From contig MFNK01000003.1 in NCBI GenBank assembly GCA_001782045.1, positions 204,719 through 268,718 of the forward strand: DNA of 64,000 nucleotides, read 5' to 3'. Below, piece after piece: positions 58,701-64,000 of the stretch (positions are counted from its first letter, which is position 1; the number at the start of each line of letters is the position of its first letter). Position numbers and translations under genes: made by a program. The notes under the pieces were generated by a model. The model saw nothing but the letters and a program-made list of their open reading frames with translations, searched no databases and was not told the origin of the DNA. The DNA is from Candidatus Levybacteria bacterium RIFCSPHIGHO2_01_FULL_36_15b. Lineage in GTDB: Bacteria > Patescibacteriota > Microgenomatia > Levybacterales > UBA12049.

Positions 58701-58893
58701 TTTTGCGCACAAGTAAAGCTAGCCAGGAAAGAAGCACGCCAAGAACCAAAAAATCTTCTGCTCTTATATAAACCCAAGTATTATTAACATTTATTAAAGG
58801 AAGCTTTGGATAAAGAGGGATAAATGCAAGAAGCACTAACGTTTCAACAAATAATAAATTAGCTTTAACAAAGTTATAAATTTTTTTAATCAT
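55729..58893 (-). CDS. Fusion: O-antigen ligase/Wzy_C-like module + second GT-C module
   Basis: RVPSTFAGH...AAYL, T.SR, R...W..AI...G.G....DNNYL..LGE.G.LG; then DDFTWL...FFRP...YH...LH and many TM segments. Confidence 0.75.
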   Translation of the reverse strand: MIKKIYNFVKANLLFVETLVLLAFIPLYPKLPLINVNNTWVYIRAEDFLVLGVLLSWLALLVRKKITLRTPLTFPILIFWIVGAVATIHGVLLIFPTLANTFPNVAFLALVRHVEYLSLFFVAYQGMKDRKLLYFVIGTILITLLAIIFYGFGQKYFGFPAFLTSNEEFAKGIPIQLSELSRVPSTFAGHYDLAAYLVLMIPILVSLFFVIKNFLVKGIILFTTLLSFWLLFMTVSRVSFVVVFVSLFIVFFFQKRKLVLYSVPVIIIGALLFLALKPTILQRFQNTVDTVDVLVDANTGNSIGHVKFVSKEFFQDKIVLSQRVKDQEELVNALAGEKNSSPSAIFPYKFIPNEVTLVKAVNLSTGENLPSGTGYINLALSPVIKRVGNFFYEFPPDVKSSPSAQFLVLHGNFIIKRAAAYDLSFTTRFQGEWPRAIEAFQRQILIGSGYSSVTLAVDNNYLRILGEIGLLGFIAFLSIFFSFFIYLKKVWKSLDYGIEKNFLLGFGAGLVGLGLNAFLIDVFEASKIAYTLWILMGIALGIIVLNLKSEINLFDELKKAAVSTYAIVIYLLGLSIVLYSPLINNFFAGDDFTWLKWAAKAPSNLLTYFTDSGGFFFRPGTKIYFDFMYNTFWLNPAVYHLVSIVLHFIVSVLFFLVAKRVFKSTLLSAFCAFLFLILSGYSEIIFWIAATGHLFTAVFALLGLLLFIKWDETKKVYYYILAFASFTLTLLFHELGVVLPLLVLAYRLKDTNLNTVMAEIKQRDFVILFIPVVLYFVLRLFSNSHWFSGDYNYDLVKLPFNFVGNILGYISIAILGQATIGIYENLRILLRENMVLSGGLVFIGIAIITLIYKKGKNILDQIDKRILFFGASFFIISLLPYLGLGNITSRYSYLSTIGVIFVLVVVFKKIYEFLLESGRNVAIAAMAVLLLIYGFFHIISFQQSAADWHGSSTKVKNFFISFDSYYSDYWSNKDLSFHFLNVPIKWGQAWVFPVGLDDAVWFAVKNDSVKIYKDTNLNDALQAVGSSRTDKIFVFNSDGSLTEVTTRNQPKVNK

Positions 58894-58897
58894 CTAT

Positions 58898-59461
58898 TTA
58901 TCTAAACCATGCAGCTCTTCCAAGTTTGTAGTTTGGATTTTTATTTTGTCTTTCCCCTATTTCCTTTGCTGGAACTCCTCCAACAATCTTAAACTCATCT
59001 ACATCCTTTGTTACTACAGCACCTGCTCCAACAACTGCTCCTTTCTTAATTGTTACCCCGGGTAGAATAATGGCTCGTGGTCCAATAAATACGTAATCAT
59101 CTATATTAACAGGTCCAAGGACTGCTTTTTCCACGTCTGCAAAATCTTCTTCGGACAAATTATGTTGTGAATTGTAAATCATAACTTCCGATGCTATGTC
59201 TACGTGATCTCCTATGTTTAAAGAAGCGCGGCCGTCCAAAACTGCATTTTCTCCAACAATCGTATCTTTTCCTATTCTAATATTGGGTGGGTAATAAAAA
59301 TTAGCCCACATATGAATAGTAGAGCCCGTGCCGATTTTAATTCCACAAAGTCGGTAAAAAAATCTTCGAAGATGATGAGAAGGAATGTGCCCAACCCATC
59401 TGAGCTTCATCACGATAATCTCCCAAAAAACCGTTTTTAATCTCCTGTAAATTCTATTCAT
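58898..59461 (-). CDS. Hexapeptide-repeat (LbH) sugar O-acetyltransferase
   Basis: IG..T.V/IGDHV repeats and ILPGVTI..GAVVGAGAVVTKDV...VGGVPAK. Confidence 0.9.
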   Translation of the reverse strand: MNRIYRRLKTVFWEIIVMKLRWVGHIPSHHLRRFFYRLCGIKIGTGSTIHMWANFYYPPNIRIGKDTIVGENAVLDGRASLNIGDHVDIASEVMIYNSQHNLSEEDFADVEKAVLGPVNIDDYVFIGPRAIILPGVTIKKGAVVGAGAVVTKDVDEFKIVGGVPAKEIGERQNKNPNYKLGRAAWFR

Positions 59462-60564
59462 TTCAAACTTTCTAAAACCCTAAGAGTCTCTTTGGCTGTC
59501 TTTTCCCAGGAAAACTTTTTAACTTGTGCCTTACCCTTTTCTATCATCGCATTTCGCAATTTATCATCAGTTAAAACTCTTTTTATTTGTCTTGCTATAT
59601 CCTCGGAGTCTGTAGGATCAAAATACAAAGCGGCATCTCCGCCTGCTTCAGGCAGAGAAGAAACGTTACTAATAAGCACCGGACAGCCGTATTTCATCGC
59701 CTCCAAAACCGGTAGTCCAAATCCTTCATAAAGACTAGGAAGCACAAAGCAAGCTGCATTTTTGTATAAAGATGGCAAATCATCATCTTCCACAAAATCT
59801 AAAAACTTCACTCTGTCTTCCACGCCATACCTTTTAGGAGATCTAAGAATATCTTCATACTGCCAACCTTTTTTACCTACAATAACCAAGGAAAGATCGC
59901 TTTTTGAAAGCATAGAAAAAGCCTCTACTAGTCTTTCTATGTTTTTTCTTGGCTGGAGAGTTCCCACAAAAAGAATATAATTCCCTTTTACACCAAACTT
60001 CTTTGATAAATCTTCCATACTCAATACCTTATTCTTTATACCTGATACTTGTTTTATTCCCGGATATGTTACGTGAACGTTATTTTCGTCCACACTGTAT
60101 GTTTTGATTATATCATCCTTGCTGGAAGTACTAATAGTAAAGATAGCCTTAGCTTTTGCAACAGAATATTTAGTCCAGTTGGTAAGTTGATACAAATCCT
60201 TTTTCAAAAAAAGCTCCGGGTAAAATATATAGGATATATCCATTATGGAAATAGTAGTTGGTATTGGAGAGAATCTTGGAGCGTAATGCGTTGGAGTAAA
60301 AAATATATCAGGTTTTCTATATAAGTATAAATTTATTGGAAGAGCAAATTGGGTCCATAATTTTTTAGGGCCTACAATATTATATGAAAAGTTAGACGTT
60401 GGAGTCGGCATGTGATGTTTTGGCGTTTCTTTAAGATAAATAATAAATCTTGCGCTTTGGGTTTTTAATTTTTGAAACTCATTAATAATTTCAAACGCGT
60501 ATTCTCCAATCCCAACTCTTCTATCTACATTTGCTTCATTCCCGTCAATTCCAATATTTATCAT
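59458..60564 (-). CDS. GT4 glycosyltransferase (MtfB-like)
   Basis: IGIDG...VGIGEY, VGTLQPRKN and PSLYEGFGLPVLEAM motifs. Confidence 0.9.
   Translation of the reverse strand: MINIGIDGNEANVDRRVGIGEYAFEIINEFQKLKTQSARFIIYLKETPKHHMPTPTSNFSYNIVGPKKLWTQFALPINLYLYRKPDIFFTPTHYAPRFSPIPTTISIMDISYIFYPELFLKKDLYQLTNWTKYSVAKAKAIFTISTSSKDDIIKTYSVDENNVHVTYPGIKQVSGIKNKVLSMEDLSKKFGVKGNYILFVGTLQPRKNIERLVEAFSMLSKSDLSLVIVGKKGWQYEDILRSPKRYGVEDRVKFLDFVEDDDLPSLYKNAACFVLPSLYEGFGLPVLEAMKYGCPVLISNVSSLPEAGGDAALYFDPTDSEDIARQIKRVLTDDKLRNAMIEKGKAQVKKFSWEKTAKETLRVLESLK
60017..60051. repeat. Degenerate 7-bp-period repeat in a GT4 interdomain linker
   Basis: ATACTCA ATACCTT ATTCTTT ATACCTG ATACTTG; encodes QVSGIKNKVLSM. Confidence 0.55.
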
Positions 60565-60597
60565 TTTACCTCTTCATAAATTTTAGCAGAAATAACA

Positions 60598-62472
60598 TTA
60601 TTTAACTTGTGTGGGATCAATATTAAAAATATAAATTAACCAACCAAAACATAGGATTAGTAGAATAAGTAAGAAGGGATTTTTCAACCCTATAGGCAGT
60701 CTTTTATACACCAGATACAAAACAACTCCTAATAAAAAATGGACTAATGGATATATTAAGAAACTTATTAAAAGATTATTCCATATTTTACCGAAATTAA
60801 ATTTTAAAAGAGACGCTGCTTGATAAGCGAGGAAGTCTTGATTTATGAAATATAGCGATGTTTTAGAAATACTTACTCCCAAAAACCTAAGTGCATCCAA
60901 GCTTAATCCAAAATAATATCTGTCTCCAAGTTGAATGTAGCGAGGAAGGGTAAGAATAAAATCAAGACCGAAACTCAGTGGCACAAAAAGAAGCATTTTT
61001 TTATTAAACTTTTTACTTATAAAGTAAAAAATGGATAAACTCAATAATATACATAGAGACTTAAACAATAATAAATTGTCTACAACGGGGCCGTAGAAAA
61101 CTAACCAGCTGAACTGAATATGAGATCTCATTAAAAGTCCGAAGCTTGCAAAGATGAAAAGAAAAGCAATAAACCAGATACCAAGTTTTTTCAACTTTTT
61201 AAAAATAATTAATGAAAAAAATATTATTAACAGAATAATTTGATCTGAGTAATTTTCTTTATTGGTAGATGTATTTGAGGACAAAGCTCTGTTTAGAAAG
61301 CTTTGATTATCTTCAATAAAATAATCTGCAAAGGATTTGTTTAACTCATATTTAATTCTGTCTCTCAAATATGCATTTTCTCTTACTTTTGTACTTAATA
61401 ACCATGTAGATAATTCATCTGCCAGTGTGATTTTTTCAGGAAACTTAGGGTAGACCTTTTGAAAAGTTTCGGCAAAATCTTGCATGGTAACAAATTCTAA
61501 GTTTGGGTATTTTGAGAGATTTTCTAGTTGATTTTTGTATTCTTCCAAGTAATCTACACTTTCGCTTCCTGTTTCTAAACCAACCGTCACCTGCCCTAGC
61601 TGGTTATGACAATCTAGGTAAACCTTAATTAAGTCATTAAAATAATTCGTATTCTCTCCTTGCTTAATATAATCATTAGCCTGAAGAGAGTAATTAGAGA
61701 ACTCTGGCCCTTGCCCATGTGCCTTTGTTAAATCCCTTTGGGCCCATTGAATTATTACAACATTTTGTTTATTTTCTAAATTGCTTGCTGGAGTGAGAAT
61801 ATTAGCCTTGGAAGGATAAAATGGTACCCCCCACCATTGTCCCCAAACTCCATAACTATCGGTTGTTTTTTGGTCTGCAAGTATTAAGGCCGAAGTTATA
61901 CTAAATTTTTCGACCATGTAATTTAAAGAAAAAGAGTCTATCCACCAAGCACCTACCGATTTAGGATAATAGCTGTTTTGATTTTTAAATTTCTCAAAAA
62001 GCGTATCTATCAATTTTATTCTTTCAGATTGTGTGTAACCTGATAAAAAAGCTGCATTAGGAAAAAACCAAGGAGTGTTTACGGGATAAATTACTCTTGC
62101 ATCACTGGCCAGCTGTGGAGAGATTTCTAACAACAGACCTTTTTCTTGCTTTGGGTTAAGCCCTTTTATTTGTTCCATTAGTTTTTTATCGGAGAAAACA
62201 TCGTATTGCAAAAGCCAAGTAGCAGGAAACCCTCTTTGTTTAATAGATGAGTATTGGTTTATTAAGGGATTTAGACTTTTATCAAGCCACAATGACCTTG
62301 ATCTAACTGGATTTACTAGTGTTACAAATCTATTGTTGCAACTTATACTACTTTCGTATGCCAGGGCAGAGGTGATATTTAAAAGATAAAACAAGAATCC
62401 TAAAAGAAATACCAAAAATGTTAAAAGGAGGCTCTGTTTAATGTTAATAGTGTTTAAAAAGCTTTTCATCAA
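60598..62472 (-). CDS. Membrane protein with an N-terminal NodB/GH57-like barrel (DUF3863-like) and a C-terminal multi-TM domain
   Basis: PATWLLQYD, E.GL.LE, SGY...ER...ID.LF..F....YYPKSVGAWWID and WG.W...PFYPS motifs; about 6 C-terminal TM segments. Confidence 0.6.
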   Translation of the reverse strand: MMKSFLNTINIKQSLLLTFLVFLLGFLFYLLNITSALAYESSISCNNRFVTLVNPVRSRSLWLDKSLNPLINQYSSIKQRGFPATWLLQYDVFSDKKLMEQIKGLNPKQEKGLLLEISPQLASDARVIYPVNTPWFFPNAAFLSGYTQSERIKLIDTLFEKFKNQNSYYPKSVGAWWIDSFSLNYMVEKFSITSALILADQKTTDSYGVWGQWWGVPFYPSKANILTPASNLENKQNVVIIQWAQRDLTKAHGQGPEFSNYSLQANDYIKQGENTNYFNDLIKVYLDCHNQLGQVTVGLETGSESVDYLEEYKNQLENLSKYPNLEFVTMQDFAETFQKVYPKFPEKITLADELSTWLLSTKVRENAYLRDRIKYELNKSFADYFIEDNQSFLNRALSSNTSTNKENYSDQIILLIIFFSLIIFKKLKKLGIWFIAFLFIFASFGLLMRSHIQFSWLVFYGPVVDNLLLFKSLCILLSLSIFYFISKKFNKKMLLFVPLSFGLDFILTLPRYIQLGDRYYFGLSLDALRFLGVSISKTSLYFINQDFLAYQAASLLKFNFGKIWNNLLISFLIYPLVHFLLGVVLYLVYKRLPIGLKNPFLLILLILCFGWLIYIFNIDPTQVK

Positions 62473-62478
62473 TTCTAA

Positions 62479-63048
62479 TCATATTCCTGCTCCTATCACT
62501 TCAAGTCTTTCTTGCGGAATTCCTAAAATCTCTGTAGCATCTTTTTTTGTCGACTGCGAAATACAAAGAATTTTAGAAGTTTCTTTTTTAACCCATTCGA
62601 GCTTTCTTTTTTGAGAAGCTACAATGTTTGGTGAGATTATAAATTTGAGAGGATTAAATTCTGTTTCCTGATGAGTCTCCTCTGGATATTTGTAAACTAT
62701 TAAATCATAAAGAATTGTTGCTTTTTTTGCTTTTTTTACAGGTGGTTCTGTCCAATCGGAGGTTATAAAAATATCAACATCTCCGATAAAATTTTCAATT
62801 GGCATAATATGCAGTCTATTCCATAGTAAATCTAAAATAGTCGGAGGAATCCTAAACTGTTTTATTAAAACATTATTAGATTTAAGATTTAAGATTTCAG
62901 ATTTAAGATTCTTTCTTAGCGAAGAGTAAAATAGAATATATTTATTCTGCTCATCAAGCTTAAGCAACTCTTCGATTAATGAGCTAAGATAATTTGCCAC
63001 TCCAGTATTTTCAAAAGCAAGCTGTGAGATATCTATTCCAATTCTCAT
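62479..63048 (-). CDS. Stand-alone GT4 N-terminal (acceptor) domain
   Basis: IGIDIS....TGVANY, YDL, ISQSTKKD and VIGAGI*; it stops at the interdomain linker and has no EX7E domain. Confidence 0.75.
   Translation of the reverse strand: MRIGIDISQLAFENTGVANYLSSLIEELLKLDEQNKYILFYSSLRKNLKSEILNLKSNNVLIKQFRIPPTILDLLWNRLHIMPIENFIGDVDIFITSDWTEPPVKKAKKATILYDLIVYKYPEETHQETEFNPLKFIISPNIVASQKRKLEWVKKETSKILCISQSTKKDATEILGIPQERLEVIGAGI
62878..62910. repeat. 7-bp tandem repeat inside the GT4 N-domain CDS
   Basis: AGATT at 62878, 62885, 62892, 62899 and 62906 (unit AGATTTA); encodes NLKSEILNLKS. Confidence 0.8.
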
Positions 63049-63980
63049 TCTGTGGAATATTTCAACTCCTCAACCATTCTGTTGCCTTCGTTTTTCACTG
63101 CGATACTAAGTATCATATCAGCAATAAGACCAGTAAAAAGTATTTGTAAACCAACCAATACTAAAAGAACGCCAAAGGTCAGTAAAGGCCTTGTTCCAAT
63201 TGATTCGCCTAATATTTTAACAATCAGCAAGTAAAAAAGGATAAAAAATCCTATTGCAGATAAAACTCCTCCTGCAAATCCAAAGAAGTGCAAAGGTCGT
63301 TTAGCGTATTTTGTTAAAAACAAAATTGTAAACATATCGGGAATATCTTTAAACACCTTAGAAAAGCCATATTTTGATTTTCCAAATTTTCTTGGCTCAT
63401 GCACTACGGCAAGCTCAGTTACCTCAAAGCCCTTTTCTGAAACAAGAAGAGGAATAAATCTGTGCATTCCTCCGTATAGGTTAAGTACTTTTGCAGCTTC
63501 TTTGGTGTAAAGCTTAAGTCCGCAGTTATAATCGTGTAAATGAACTCCCCAAAAAGCCGACATAACAAAATTAAAAAACTTAGAAGGGATTTTCATAATA
63601 ATTGAGTCTTTCCTGTTTTTCCTCCAACCGCAAACAAGCTCAAACCCTTCTTTTGACTTATTTAGCAGGTTTTGTATTTCTTCCGGCCTATCCTGTAAAT
63701 CTGCGTCTAAGGTAACTACATAGTCTCCTTTTGCACGCTGAAAACCATAAGTTAATGCTTCAGCCTTACCTTGATGCTTTCGGAAAGAAAATATTCTTAT
63801 AGATTTATCTTTTGCAGCCAGTTTTTTAAGTATATCGAGTGTCGAATCCGAAGAACCATCGTCCACAAATATGATCTCATAACCCATTTTAAGGCTCTCA
63901 AGGGCGCTCTTAAGCCTAGGATATAGCTTTTCAAGGCTTTCTTCCTCGTTGTAAACAGGAACAAGTGCGGTAATTAACAT
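63045..63980 (-). CDS. ArnC/GtrB-like undecaprenyl-phosphate glycosyltransferase (GT2)
   Basis: PVYNEE, VDDGSSD, DADLQD.P, GWR..RKD, DYNCGLK and HRFIP motifs; two C-terminal TM segments. Confidence 0.9.
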   Translation of the reverse strand: MLITALVPVYNEEESLEKLYPRLKSALESLKMGYEIIFVDDGSSDSTLDILKKLAAKDKSIRIFSFRKHQGKAEALTYGFQRAKGDYVVTLDADLQDRPEEIQNLLNKSKEGFELVCGWRKNRKDSIIMKIPSKFFNFVMSAFWGVHLHDYNCGLKLYTKEAAKVLNLYGGMHRFIPLLVSEKGFEVTELAVVHEPRKFGKSKYGFSKVFKDIPDMFTILFLTKYAKRPLHFFGFAGGVLSAIGFFILFYLLIVKILGESIGTRPLLTFGVLLVLVGLQILFTGLIADMILSIAVKNEGNRMVEELKYSTE

Positions 63981-64000
63981 AACGAGCTCAATTGTATCAT

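Noticed and set aside
1-64000. CRISPR array, rRNA, prophage, transposase, defence system, or alternative genetic code (TGA=Gly)
   Set aside because: No spaced repeats or such genes were seen, and conserved genes such as recO, rodA and ileS end at TGA with normal lengths.

Overview
An AT-rich, very gene-dense chromosomal segment using the standard code (TGA = stop), most likely from a Patescibacteria/CPR bacterium of the Microgenomates type. That placement is an inference from gene content and protein styles. Two large cell-surface glycosylation loci (1-17.8 kb and 46.4-64 kb) hold many GT2, GT4 and multi-TM GT-C-fold transferases, including four fusion proteins, plus a flippase, a priming phosphoglycosyl transferase, ManC, methyl- and acetyltransferases and DUF4012. 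Between them lies a housekeeping core: tRNA-Val(CAC), lepB, parB, rpmA, rplU, rodA, ileS, an FKBP, a dcw cluster from mraZ to ftsZ, glyQS and recO. The most notable sequence-level observations are: (1) a 472-bp promoterless single-ORF insert in the 3' end of ftsZ, flanked by two synonymously recoded copies of the FtsZ C-terminal peptide sequence; (2) a 78-bp MITE-like element with 13-bp TIRs and a TGAA duplication, inserted exactly into an ATGA stop/start overlap; (3) widespread predicted leaderless transcription, including a 12-bp palindromic bidirectional -10 site and a tRNA abutting a start codon; (4) 7-bp-period repeats inside GT4 genes; (5) an IleRS with a GVHH motif instead of HIGH. All product calls come from motif recognition by eye; no database search was run.
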